DNA from: Negaprion brevirostris
Taxonomy: Eukaryota
DNA: 64,000 nucleotides
Assembly: GCA_030324005.1 (NCBI GenBank)
Contig: JARDVH010000163.1
Location: 94,051,366-94,115,365 of the forward strand
Direction of reading: 5' to 3'
Under the pieces are notes generated by a model. It worked only from the letters and a program-made list of their open reading frames with translations, had not been told where the DNA came from and searched no databases. Below, in pieces: positions 13,173 through 26,500 of this stretch. Both the position numbers and the translations under genes were made by a program. Numbering within the stretch: the first letter of the stretch is position 1; each line of letters opens with the position of its first letter.

Positions 13173-14431
13173 TATGTTTCTGACAACTTCACACAAAGCC
13201 ATTTCATCATCTAAGAAGCCACTTTTACGTGACCACTGGTGTCTACAGGTTAACAGTATGAAGGAAACAAGTTGGTTACTTACCAGCAGTACGGTAACTC
13301 CTGGTGCTGTCGGTAAGAATATTGGCCACCCACCACCTGCATGCTCTTACCTTGTGACCTAGAAGTAAAAAGATACAAGGCAAACTGTGGCTAAAGCAGA
13401 ACTAAGATAATATTATAGTAGGAAGTCATGGTCACAGAAAATGAAATACATCTTGTAGGAGGTTGTATCCTGATACAAAATTTAAGGTAAGAAGCAAATG
13501 TTGTATTTTCTCTCAAGGAATTTGCTAAATATGGGATACAGTGAATGGAGAAGGAATTGTATTAGGAGAATGGATCAGTATATCATCAGCGAGTAATCTA
13601 TGTTTCTTATAATTCATTGCACTGCTGGGTTGTGAAGTGGATTTAAGTTTAAATGGCAATTTATATAAAATATCTCGTACAGCTCCCACAAGTATCAATC
13701 AGAGTTCCTACTTTAGAGGTTTCAGTCTATCTCTAAGCCTGTATTTTACTTACTTTATTTGACACCTGCTGTTTGTAATCTTACAGCTCTTGAACTACAG
13801 TTAAAAGAAATTCTGGAACAGAAAAGCTGACCTTTGGTAATATGAAAAAATACTCAGACAACTATAAATGTCCAGCTGTGCTTGTCTTTTTGTGTTCTGT
13901 CTTCATCACTTTGCTCAGTTTCACTTAATAACATCTTCATCACTGTGGTGCAGGGAACTGCGTTTGCTGATCAAATTCAATTGGATAACATTCTGATCCA
14001 GTAGCCTAAAACAGCAGAGATGTGCTTCGAATATACAAATATGAAGCAATGTGATTGATTGATTCTGCTTGTCACAGATGAAGATAACTGTATCCGTAAA
14101 TACTGTGTGCCATTCAGCAAAAACCATAAAATTAAGAGTTAAGAGCAACACAGGGCTTCCCAAAACTGAGGAATACATGGACAGAATGATGGAATTAACA
14201 ATAACTGTGTAGATGAGACTTCTTAAAAAATAGAGGCAGCAAATGCTCACCTTACACTTATAAAAATCTACATTTAGTTTGAATGACATACACCAGCAGC
14301 ATTATCCAATAGTTTGGTTCCAATTATCAAATTTTTGATGTTCAAAATTAAAATGCCTCTCTATGAATTTTATAATTCTAATAATTTTATGAACTAAAAT
14401 TCAAAATTAATATCTTTGCATATCTTAATAA

Positions 14432-14556
14432 GGTTGGAATTTTACCGCCTCGCCCTCCCCAGAATCAGGACGGGCGAGGCTCGCAGAACAGAAATCTCCA
14501 TTGGCCTGAGGCAGGATTTTATGATCTCACCCAAGCAAGGTCATAAAATCCTGCCC
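14432..14556. mobile_element. Harbinger/Tourist-like MITE
   Basis: TIRs ggttggaatttta / taaaatcctgccc; TAA TSD; two internal hairpins. Confidence 0.8.
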
Positions 14557-16779
14557 TAAGTATCAGTGAATTGGTATGAAAACAATTCAATGATAAATTG
14601 AAGCAGCCAGAAATAAATCCGATTGACATATAGGTATGGCAAAGGCAAGATGTCCAAAGGGTAAAATATGTTAAGAACTGTATCTTATCCTAGATTCTTC
14701 CTTTTCTAAGACAATAGGCAAGAAAAAAAGCAGATGTGGGAAAAAGGAGACACCAGAGGGCCATGGAGAAATTGTACATAATATAGCTGATGCAGAAGGC
14801 TCTAGTGAATTATGAACCTTAGGTGGGTGGGGTCGAGAGGTTGGTAAGAAATTACATCCTCTCTCTCCACAACTTGGCTTCACTGCAGATTACAAATGGT
14901 ACAAAGTATACAAGACTTGTCAGTGTTAAGTTGCATTTGGTAAGTGCAGACAGTATCAGGAAAGTGCTGTATACTATCCCAAGTGGGACAGGTCTCTTCA
15001 GTAAAAGCTGATAATTAGTTCCTTATCTGAAAAAAATCAGGTGAGGTGTGGAAGCAGTGGGTTTTTTGTGTTTATAAATGGCACATGAGGAAAACACATA
15101 TCACCTTACCACTCTCCAGATAAAAAAGAAATACTTTAATCGACAGTTAGTATTTTTAATGTAAATGTGTCAGATAACCAATGGAGTTAAAGAGTTATGA
15201 AAATCCTGTTGAGTGGTGTGTGTTAAATTGAAATAGGTGCCATGGGGAATTAAGGTCCCCTTGTGTTCTGCTAGATGTAAACCTATCCTAGTTCCTGCCT
15301 TTTCTTTTTTCTTTTTATCCTGTGGTGCTGCTAGACTATTAAAAATACTGTCTAGGGTAATCTTTATAATGCAGGTATTGTTTTGTGAGAAAATTCATAC
15401 ATTTGAATGAAATGCATAAAGTGGAAGAGTTCAGTTTTAATGATAACAATATACCCCTACACTGTATGACTTGTTTTCCTTGGCAGGAGCCTCCGGGATA
15501 AGCATGACATATTTATGCAGAGGGCTGGTATTCGGTTTGGAATTTACACGTATGGATGATGAACTAAACAGAACCCAGTTGTTGCTTTCCTTCCCTTGCC
15601 TATGGAAATCTGAAGTTATTGCAGACAAGTCTGAACCCATCTACACCACGTTTGGTCACTAGAATTAATAAATAATTGAATTCTTGGATGATCCACAGAG
15701 ATGAAAGGTTATGCAACTCTGCAATGTAAGAAGTTTAAATTTAAAAATTGTTGCTGGCACAAAGTTTATACACAGTAGTCTGTTTGTCCTGTATTTCCAG
15801 CACCTGAGTTTGAGCCAGAACACAATTGTCTTCCATGTGTTTCAAACAGATGCTGAGGGAAACATGCAAACAAAATAAAAGACTGGACTTAAACTTGAAG
15901 ACTTGAACTTAAATTGTTTACACTCTTTTTGGTTTATTGCTGCGGTTGAGTCTTGGTTAATGGATTTTATATTGCAGCCCTCAGAAAATTCATGAATAAT
16001 AGCTTTACTCCTTAACTTTTCTCCATGCATAATATATTACAATAAAAGAAGTTAAGTTTCTTTGAACTGGAGTTTTTTTAAACATTTTGCCACTTTATGA
16101 AGCATCTGTACTAGATATGACAATTGGAACTAACTGAGTGTTTCCAGTCTGAACAAGTGATAAGGGAGAAAGAAATAAGACATTACTCAGCATCTTCAGT
16201 GTTGTAAAAAAAGGGTGTAATAATGGAGCAAAACAGAAAATGACATGACAGACGTTTGTGACAGCACTAAAGTGATATATTTTTCCATGTCATTCATTCA
16301 TTGAAATTTTTCGGTTTTGACAATATGCACCTGTTTGCTATCCGAAAAAAATGTTATACTGATTTTCTGTAGATTTTGAGTGGTGTATTTTCAAGTGTAA
16401 AGGAGCAATAGAACCGCTCCAAATGTACAGTAACTTCCAGAAAAACAGATTCTTATATAATATATTTTTGTACCCAAATACTTTTGCAGTCTCGAAAGAA
16501 TTAATTTAGCGATGTTTCAATGTTAGGAGTGGCCAACAAAGCCAACGCCTGCCCCTAGTTTTCAAAGGTATCAATATTTTAAATACCAGGATATTTGGAA
16601 AATATATAATTTATCATTGAAAGATTTCAGTGTTGGATAAACATCCTTTCTGAATAACTCCTAAGGTATGCATCTATGGTGCCATTTTATTTTCTAATAA
16701 AGTTTTCCCTCTACCAGGGCAGCTTCTGGTGGTTAGATATCATTGCAAAAATGTTATTTTCTATGTTTTGTGATTGCTT

Positions 16780-17400
16780 AGTAGGTTCCGTCTGTTTTCA
16801 TACTACTTTACTAAGTATTTAACTAATTATTTTCTTAAAAGGATCATGTTTTCTTGATGACAGAGATTGCGTTTTTAGTTTTCTACTAATACAGTAGTAG
16901 GTGTGCCTCTGGTTTTCCAGGTACTTAGATGCATACGTAGAATATGCCTGACTTTCTTATTGGATTAGTGGTAATATGTCTTGTTTCCTAGTGCTTATGG
17001 GTATGTTTCTGGTTTTCCTGGTGATGTAGCAAGTTGCATGTCAGGTTTGTCTAGTGCTTAAGTGATAAATAATTGGCCTACTGGTTTAGCAAGGATGTGC
17101 CTGGGTTTCTTGATATTTAGTAATGATATTTCTTGAACTATAGGTTATTGACGTAGGCCTTTTTTTTTAGACATGGAGCCCATTACAAATCTAGGGAGGA
17201 TCGGCATTTGTTCTCGTTGAGGTTCACCCACTTTTTACGTCAGTTTAATAAGAATGTGCCCAGTTTTCATAGTGGTTTAGTAGGTACACATCTGATATTT
17301 TTATGTTCAGTCTGACTTGCTTTGTTGGCCACAGGTCCAGTTTTTGTGGTGATTTAATGGGAGGAAATGTGGTTTTCTTATTGATTCGAGGTTACATAAA
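16780..17400. repeat. Highly degenerate ~30-35 bp tandem array
   Basis: Recurring unit approximating tagg-tgtgcctggttttcctagtgatttag, e.g. at about 16894, 16969, 16998, 17031, 17089 and 17246. Confidence 0.6.
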
Positions 17401-17425
17401 GGGTTTAAAGAAGGAGAAAATTAAA

Positions 17426-17600
17426 TAATGCTTTTATTTAGTGCCTGCACATCCCCAGGAAGTGCCAAGGTGCATTACATAAATTGTCAGTTAATCGGTT
17501 CTGGTAATATTGGTTGAGGACTAAATATTAGCCAGGATAGAAGGAAATCCCTCTACCCCTCCCCTCCACCTCCTTTCCACTCTTTGAATAGTGTGAGGAT
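17426..17600 (-). mobile_element. DeuSINE (SacSINE1/AmnSINE1-like) fragment
   Basis: ttggttgaggactaaatattagccagga..tctttgaatagtg is the reverse of the Deu domain, preceded by a reversed L2-type tail. Confidence 0.55.
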
Positions 17601-18951
17601 TGTTAACGTCTCCACCCTTGTTGGTGTAATGATGGGTGTGCGTCCTAACCATTGCACATGATGATGGGTCTATTTTTAAGTTTTTATGATGCAGTGTTTC
17701 TTTGAATTCTTACAGCTTAGTGATACGCATACAGCTTCAGTGATTTGATAGTGATTATTCAATGTTTGCATTGGCCTTTATTAAATTCAGATTCAAAAAG
17801 TGAGGATTGTAAACTGTGAATTGGTACCATATTAATTAGTTGCAGTTTTCTTTAAACACATTTAGAATTTAGGAAAGAATCATTTGTGAAATTATTTTGC
17901 GGAGATTGTGAGTGTTTTTAGAAAGTTTGAATCAAGTACCTAAATTGTATGACAATCACAGCATTAGAAAGTGTTATTTATAAATATTTGTAATACTTCT
18001 ATTGAAAATGCATTAAACAGTTGCTTTATTTTCAAATTGCATCTTTATGCATCTTCATAAAATTTATGAGTTGCATTTGTTACTATAGTATTTATTTGAA
18101 ATTGCACTATAGTGGTTGTAAACTGAAATGCTCATCATCAAAGCTGTGGAAATTGAGTTTCTCCTTCCAGCAGACTCCTTTATGCCTCCCAGCTGTATAC
18201 ACAGTACTCCTTGAATAAAAACTATTTCTGTAAATCAGTACAAGTAATCTGTAAATGTAATAAAGGATCTCTGACTTTCAGGTGTGGTTTTGGCCATAGG
18301 AGGGTTAATGAGTTATTGAGTGACTTCTTGCTGGAGGACATCTATGTTGTTACTTGTTTTGCTGCCATGACAATGTCACTCTTCATGCTTTATAAATAAC
18401 ACACTGTAATACAGAAAAAACATTTTAAATACAAAAGAGTTTAGGTTCATCACAAGGCCAGAACTGAAGTCCACTCATGTTGTTATAATACCCGTAGCTG
18501 CTTGTAGTGTAGGTTAACTTTTATGTACCTGGAACTTTCTGCATTAGAAGTAATGCAGAGAAATAAGACTGCAATATTGGATTATGGAGTACTGTTTATG
18601 GGACATTGATGATGTTAAATACTGCTCGAAAATCTTGTAGCTTTTGTGTTGAGCTGCAATAACTGAAAGAGGTTCACTATCATTTTTAAGTAGGACCCCC
18701 ATTCCAGCACTATTTATAGGGATCATGAGCCTTTCTAGGTTAATTGCTTGGCTATCCCGGTTGATGGTGCAAATATTGCAGCTTTCCTTTTCTTGGCTAA
18801 AGTTCAAACAGTATGGGAATTGGAAATTGTCTGGGTTTTTACTATTAAAATAATATATTAATTAAAATAATATATTAATAATATATTAAATATATATTTA
18901 TTATAATAAACACACTATGTAAATGAATATTATTAAATACACATTTGTTGA

Positions 18952-19395
18952 TTTAAAAGATAAAAGCAAATACTGCAGATGCTGGAATCTGAAACAAAAA
19001 CCTGCTGGAAAATCTCAGCAGGTCTGACAGCATCTGTTGAGAGAGAATAGAGCCAACGTTTTGAGTCTGNNNNNNNNNNNNNNNNNNNNNNNNNNNNNNN
19101 NNNNNNNNNNNNNNNNNNNNNNNNNNNNNNNNNNNNNNNNNNNNNNNNNNNNNNNNNNNNNNNNNNNNNNNNNNNNNNNNNNNNNNNNNNNNNNNNNNNN
19201 NNNNNNNNNNNNNNNNNNNNNNNNNNNNNNNNNNNNNNNNNNNNNNNNNNNNNNNNNNNNNNNNNNNNNNNNNNNNNNNNNNNNNNNNNNNNNNNNNNNN
19301 NNNNNNNNNNNNNNNNNNNNNNNGTAAGTGAGGTTTTGCAAACCCAGGCAAGTCACGGGGGTTACAGATAGTGCGACATGAACCCAAGATCCCTG
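18952..19395 (-). mobile_element. Penelope-like element fragments spanning a gap
   Basis: aaagcaaatactgcagatgctggaatctg..ccaacgttttgagtctg is a reversed pLTR end; the ribozyme core would lie mostly in the N-gap. Confidence 0.55.
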
Positions 19396-19771
19396 TTGAT
19401 ACTGCCCTGGTAAGGGCAGTATTACCAGTGGCTTCAAATGTGATTTACTTCCCCATAGTCTGCTGCTTCAGATACTAGCAACTTCTCACAGTTTGCCATG
19501 CAACACTGCATAAGAGAAGTCAATGTGGGTCACTATCCACAGAGTGACAGATTCTCTCTTGCCAAAAATGAGCAGCCAGGTGAGCATGAAGGTTTGCACG
19601 GATTACAGGTAACCATTGACGACACACATTATTTTGTGTGTATCTTGTGAATCTAGCCTTTTCCAAGGGACTTGGCTCCATCTTGGTATGTGACCACAGG
19701 CACCTCATTTGCAGAAACATAAACATTATCCTGGGAGTAGTCATGATCCCTTCATCTTCAGTGCTAACTGT

Positions 19772-19906
19772 GGCTGGAACTCTCTGACCTCTCCTGCATC
19801 TGGGATTCTCTGGTCTCACTCTGTTACTGGAGATTTGTCTGAGTGCTAAATTCCCCGTTCTCACTGGCAGTAGTTGCAGAGCATACAAGACTGGTGAATT
19901 CCTGCC
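19772..19906. mobile_element. Harbinger/Tourist-like MITE
   Basis: TIRs ggctggaactc / gaattcctgcc; TGT TSD; interior shared with 34331-34450 (aaattc-ccgttctcactggcagt). Confidence 0.75.
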
Positions 19907-21026
19907 TGTATTTGATATTATAACAAGTCAAAGGCTGCCTACTGGGCAACAAGGATTATCCACTCATGAATCCTGAATCCATGCAGACCTACTCAGTAAG
20001 CCAACAGTGACAGCCTTGCTGCCATAGGAATATTATAGACACCATCTGCATCGATGATTTGTTGTATGAACTACTCTGAGGAGCCCTACAGTACACCTGG
20101 GCAGGTATTAAGATTTATGGTAGTTGCATACTGAACACTGTCCATTATGGATAACAGCCCTTGCCATCACCCATGAGGTGAGAGGTTGAGGAGCAGTAAC
20201 ATCCAAAGAAGGGAATAGAAATAAAAAGTACCAGGGAACAGTAGTTTCCTGCCGAGATACTATGTGATTAAATAATTAATGAGCGCAGATGGGAGTGGCA
20301 AAGGGGATGGAGAGTCCAATGAGAGTTCCCAAAGAGATTGAAAGAATTCAGTTACCATACATTTGAATGCCATTAGTGGCGGTAGGGAGGGGTGTGTCCA
20401 TGGGGGGACTGTCTTGTCCATGGGGGGGTGAGATTTCCCTGGGGGTAGATCTGTGTCCAGTATGGGTAGAAATTCCCNNNNNNNNNNNNNNNNNNNNNNN
20501 NNNNNNNNNNNNNNNNNNNNNNNNNNNNNNNNNNNNNNNNNNNNTGCAGGGAAGGGATATTGTGTTTAGGTCACAGGACCCCGATCTCTTGAAGACAAAT
20601 TTTTCTGCCAGCCCCCCCTGCCAGCATGATATCTCCAGGACACTTTTTGACTAAGTGTCAAAAAATAATGGGAAATAGCCAACAGTTGAACCAGTGAGCT
20701 ACATATCATTCTTCCTGTCTGAGTTGACACTTAGTTAAAAAAATTCTGCCCATTATCACTGCAGTGCATCCACAACACTGAGAGCATCCGTGTTTGGGAT
20801 GCGACCATGTTGCAGCTTAAGGGTGCTCGGGAAGCGAGGGAATGAATGATTGCCAGACAGTCAGGGAGGGCTAGGCAGGTATTGCCACTGAGGACATTTC
20901 CAACCCAGCTAAGGGCAATGTTTCCTTTGGGTTTCATAGCCAGAGCCAAGTCCATTACACCGCGAATGGCTTAGCTGTGTTGGGGAGGGATGTGTGTGGA
21001 ATGCGGGTAGGTGAAAGTTCAGGAAA

Positions 21027-22843
21027 GCAATATTGATGGGAATTTCAATAGTTAGGGGAGCAAACAGACATTTCGGTGACTGCAGATGTGATTCCAGAAT
21101 GGTATGTTGCCAGTGTCAAGAATGTCATCGAGCAATTGCAGAACATCCTGAGAAAGGAGTGTAAATAGCCAGAGTCATGGTCAACTTACTTACCAATAAC
21201 ATAAATCTAGGCCTTTACTGGATGTCAAAAGACCATACAAAGTAGGATGAGAAGAAAGCTTATGTCAGGTGTCTAACAAGCTCAAAACTGCAGAAACATC
21301 TGTACAGAAAGTGCAGGGATGAATTTTTAAAAAGTTAGCAAAGCAAAGAGATGGCCAGAAAATTTTTTGACAAGTTAATAATCATGGAAAATCTAAACAG
21401 CAAAAAAAAACTAATGAAGGATTAGGATCAATTATAGACCAAAAAGGTAAGGTTTGCATTTGTTTTCATAAAAGGTAGGAACAAAGCAGACACTGTTGTT
21501 TGAGAGGAGGAATGTAGAATGGGGGAGGAAACATTAAGATGTTTGTTATCCTTCAAAATGGATAAATCACCAGGCTCAGCTTAAGTTTGCCCAAGGCTGC
21601 TAAGGGAAAAAAATAGTGGAGGCTCTAATTATTGTTTTCCAGTCTTCTCTAGCTAAATACTGGTGGACTGCTAACATTGTACAGTTGTTTAAAAAGGGAA
21701 GAAGTGATAGCCTGAGCAACTACAGGCCCGTCAACCAAACCTCAAAGTTGGGCAAATTATTGGAAAAAAGTCTAACAAGCAACATACGTTGTAATTTAAA
21801 GAATCACAGATTAATCAAGGACAATTGGCTTGGATTTGTGAAGGCAAGATTATGCCTGACGATTGTAACAAATTTGACATAGTTTACTGAATTTTAGCAA
21901 GACTTCTGACAAAGTCTCATACAGTAGGCTGGTCAGAAAATTAAAAAATGGGATTCAAGCAAAAGTGGCAAATTGGATTCAAAGATCAGTGACAGGAAGC
22001 AAAAGGTTATGACTGACAGGTGTTTTTGTGACTGTTACTAGTGAGGTCCAAAGTACTCAGTAGTGAATGGAATCCTTGCTATTCTTGATGTATATCAACA
22101 ATGCATTTGGGGAAGACAAATGAGGCAAGGGAACACAGAAAGAAAATGATTTTGAAAAATGTAAAGGAACATAAGACATTGGAGTGTGTGTTTGTAGATC
22201 TCAAAGTAGCAGCAGAGATGGGTCACTTGGTCAGGAAGGTATATGAGATACTTTTATTTGCTGAGGCCTAGAGCATAAGTGCTAGGTTATGCTAGAACTG
22301 TATAAAACACTAATTAGGCCACAACTAGAGTACCATGTACACTTCTAGACACTGCACTACTGGAAGGATGTGATCATGCTCGAAATGTATACAAGAGATT
22401 CACAAGGATGTTGTCAGATCCAGAAAAATGTGGAAAGATTGTATAGGCTGGGGCTGTGTTCTTTGGAACAGAGAATGCCGAGAGGAGATCTGATTGAGAT
22501 GTGTAAAATTATAAGGGGCTTAGTTAAAGTAGATAGATTGATTTATTTCTGTTAACAGAAAATTCAGTAACCGGGGATTATATATTGAAAGTAATTTGTA
22601 GAAAGATTGGAAGGGAGTTGAAGAATATTTTTCTTTCACGCAGAGGAAGTTGGGGAATGGATGGAACTCATTCCCTGAAAGGGTGACAGAGATAGAAATC
22701 CTCATCACATTAAGAAAAAAACACTTGGATATGCACATGGTCTGCCAAAAGGGCTATGCACTGAGAGTGGGATGATGGAATTAATTATTTCAGCCAGCAT
22801 GGAGGCTGAATGGCCTCCTTCTGTGCTGCAAATGTACTATTAT
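21027..22843 (+). mobile_element. Internally deleted CR1 LINE: ORF1 esterase remnant plus ORF2 remnants and 3' UTR
   Basis: 21027-21203 reads AILMGISIVRGANRHF..DSRMVCC..VKNVIEQLQNIL..TNNI (SGNH esterase of CR1 ORF1); ORF2 WWTANIVQLFKKG..NYRPVN and RLGLCSLEQRMPRGDLIE. Confidence 0.85.
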
Positions 22844-22872
22844 AGGGATACATTTGGATAATAAAACATATT

Positions 22873-23590
22873 GGGTGGAATTCTCATAATCCCCACCAAT
22901 GGGTTTGATAGCAGGTGTGGGGAGAATGATTATGGAAGGAGGCCCAGAAATTGATTTCACACCTGTGTGAATTTACAGTGAGATCTTCCACTGATGCCTT
23001 CCATGGTGGGTTGGAAAAATCACCAGAGGCTGGCGTGAACCTAATTTGAATCCCATTAATGGGACGCAAATGAAGGCCCAAGCCCCCCCATGTCAGGTAC
23101 TCCATGATGCCGGTCCGAAAACATGCCAATGTGAAACATGTTTGGATTAACGGTGCAGGCAGATGTCAGGACTCACCTAAACAATGCCCAGGGCTGCCTC
23201 TGGAGTTCTAGGTGGAGGCTGCTGGCAATCCTGGACCCGGAACATCGCAGCAGTGGGTCAGGGATACATCTACAGGTGGATCTTCCAGATTCATTGTCCT
23301 GCAAGAGGGGTTGATCTTCCAGCTTCAAAGTTCTCCAAGAGATCTATCTTCAATTTCAGGGGTCTGCCTTCTTCAATAGTTGATCAGTGATGTTGCCCGC
23401 CTTTTCAATATGGCAACCCAAACATGCACCATCCATGTCACTGAATATGGCCTGAAACTCGTGGGCACATAATTAATGAAGTCGGGGGTGTAAGATTTGG
23501 TGTGTTTCCCCTCCCACCTCTGCAGTGGGAAACATTCTGTGTTTCTGCTCCCGCCGTGGCACTTAGTATCAAAATGGGAGAATTCCATCC
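22873..23590. mobile_element. Non-autonomous Harbinger-like element
   Basis: Terminal inverted repeats gggtggaattctc / gagaattccatcc (12/13); GC-richer interior. Confidence 0.65.
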
Positions 23591-26500
23591 AATGTTTCTG
23601 TTGGTAATTGATAGACTTTCATTGTGAGTCATTAACCTGAAAGTAGACCTCAGTAACTTCATGAGGTTACTCAGTCAACCAAAATTAAAATTACATTATT
23701 ACTAGTCTAGGCCCATGTAATATAGGTATGATGAGTCCTTTGTATAATCATGCACTAATTTAGGAGGCAGTACAGAGAAACCTAAGGCATTGTCTTCCAC
23801 TTAAGAAACTGATTGAGCCGATGCCTTAATCAGCTACATTTCATCTTTTTTGGAGAGTTAAAATGGTCTGTAAAACAAATTATTTTAAAGATGAAATGTG
23901 AGTATGTATTGTCAGTTGTTCATTGTATATTTGACATTAAAAATATGACATTATTATGAACAATATGCTAAAACACATGTATCATACAAGTGCTACATTC
24001 TTTATAAACAGTAGTTGGTCTTTTCCAGTAAGATTTCTAATAGATCTTTTGCACGTAAAGATCAGGGGAAACAAATTGCAAGACTGACTTCTTCATTTTT
24101 GTATCAGTGAAAGCCATTGTGACATTATTTTCTGATACGTTACAAATTTCAGAAATCCATCTTGCTTTTGCTTTTATTTCTTCCTTCCTTAAGTCCTGAA
24201 TGTAGCAATATTCCTCAACCAAGATTGACAAGGGATCCAGCTTCAAAACGTCTACCATTTATTTTGGACCAGTCCTAGAAAGATATTATAATTACGCAAA
24301 AAATATCAAATCAAATACTTAATTTTTAAAATACACTGCGTTCTTAAATCCCACCTTGGGATAAATCTAAGTAGCTGCATCCTTCAGTATGGTTCTGTGT
24401 TGAGGGCTTTCAGAAACATTGTGCACTATGTTGGTGACATCATTTGAAGGCTGGATGGAGATCGCTGGATATAAAACCTCTATTGTACTTGGTACATTTT
24501 ACTACACAGGCAATTCAGCATAAAAATTGTCTTCATTCAGTCTATTAAGTTTCATGAAATTGCTTAAAAAAAATAAAGTCTCCTAAAAGCCAGTGATGTC
24601 TTACTAACATAATACCTTTCACTTGAATATTTTCAATTTAAACTCAGAACAAGTAGTGTGTGCTGCATCACTGTGCCACGGGATATAGGATAATTTTTTT
24701 GAAAATACAGTGAGATTAGAAGCTAATTCTGTCACTTCATATTCTATGGCATCGGCAAATATCTTATCGACTGAAATTTTGTAATTTTTAAATGTATAGT
24801 TTTCTTGATTTACTGAGTTTTTAAACTTTCAAATCATATTGTGCAGCTAAATTTTCAAGCTATTCACTTTTACCCATACATTCACACAAAGATTGCATAT
24901 AAAAGAACCAAGATATTCACACACCCTGCAGTAAAACACAGCTTACTAGTTACATGAAGTACAAATAGGAAAAGCTAAATGATGCTGATTTCCCCCCCCC
25001 TCCCTTTGCTTATTACAGAGGCAGATTTTTTCTATCATTAATGAAGGTAATTTGCTGTGGTTGAGGGATTGCAATTCAAAAGAATTAATTCCGCATTCCC
25101 ATTCCAAGATTTAAACACATCTTGGACTTTTTCACAGGTCGTCTGTTAGTGGATGGTGTTACTCTCGCATAGCAGCTAATGGGCTTGAACCACAGCCTGT
25201 CATTTATTGTTACCTAAGTGTGTAGGTCCTTTGCCCTTGATGGTGTCTGTGCTTTCCTAACAGAGCAAGTGTGTTTAGTACAGCATTACATATATATGGT
25301 GCATTTTAAATACACTTTAGTAAGTAGTAAAGTGACTTCTATGCGGTATGGTCACTGAATTGTGTTAAATACTTGAAGTAGGGTTGTTGAGGGAGGTGCA
25401 ACATGCAACTCTGAGATTAAACTTAATATTAGATTTTTATACTACTTTCTTTTGTTGTAACTATAAATAGCAGCAGTTTGCTTGCTCAGATAATGAGCAA
25501 TATAACCAATACAAAAATGAGAAATCAAAGAGGCATTTTACATGTGATAGGTTTCCAGACCATTTTCATGAACAAATAATAGTCAGAGAAGCTATCTGCC
25601 ACACTAAAGAGAGCTTCCTTTTTAAATCTGCTATTTATCATCTGTAAGATTTCTGACATTGTTAAAATAAGATGCTTTCTCGTTCTCAATTAACTTAAAG
25701 CAGGGGTGTTAAAGATGCAGAAAGCTACTGTGGATGATTACAAGTACGTAAAAATGCAGTACTTTAATGGTACATATTTTCATGTGGCAGCTCTGTTGCC
25801 TTTCATTTTGCAGCTAATATGTCTATTCTTATGAGTCATTTACTTCTTTAATTACCTTTTGGAACTGAGGCATCGTAATGTATTAATGCGAATGATTTTT
25901 ACAGCCAGTTTATCATACAATGCCCCTGAAGTTGAAAGATATAATTGACTTGGAAGAGCAGCTCATGAATGAAACAATATTTAGTTGACAGTTTCCTTGT
26001 AGTCTTAGATGGAGTTTAACAAATACGTACGAGGCAAAAAGAAGTAATGGAGTCAATTAAGAAAAAAACAGAAGCAGGATCCCAAGTAAATTAACAGAAA
26101 TGAATTACTTTGCACATAATCCTATTTAAAAATAGAGAAAATATTCATTATAGATTGACACGTTTAGCATTGTGTGTGTTTGACCTTCTTAACTCTGTAG
26201 TACATTTTCTGTGTACAGTAAATGCATCAATAATATTGGTCAAGTAAATTAACAGATTATAGACTGTAAAGGCATTTATATTCAAATCTTTGTTAACCCA
26301 TAGAACATGGGTCTCGTGTTCTCACATTACATAGTACTGTTGTTTATTTAATGGAATAGCATAAGCTTTTTCAATTTTCTGTTTATGATGTTGACTACTT
26401 GAATTTGAAGCATATCAAAATAAAACACATGGAGGTTATGAAATGCTACTTATTTTTAGCGGGTTAACACTCATACCCTCGTGCAGTGTAATTCAAATAA

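Noticed and set aside
18844-18910. AT-rich 17-bp tandem duplication; also (CAT)n at 58892-58910
   Set aside because: Ordinary low-complexity slippage.
24037-24258. Protein-like 73-aa minus-strand ORF near an acceptor-like ctttctag
   Set aside because: No recognisable motif; an in-frame stop separates it from the acceptor; treated as chance.
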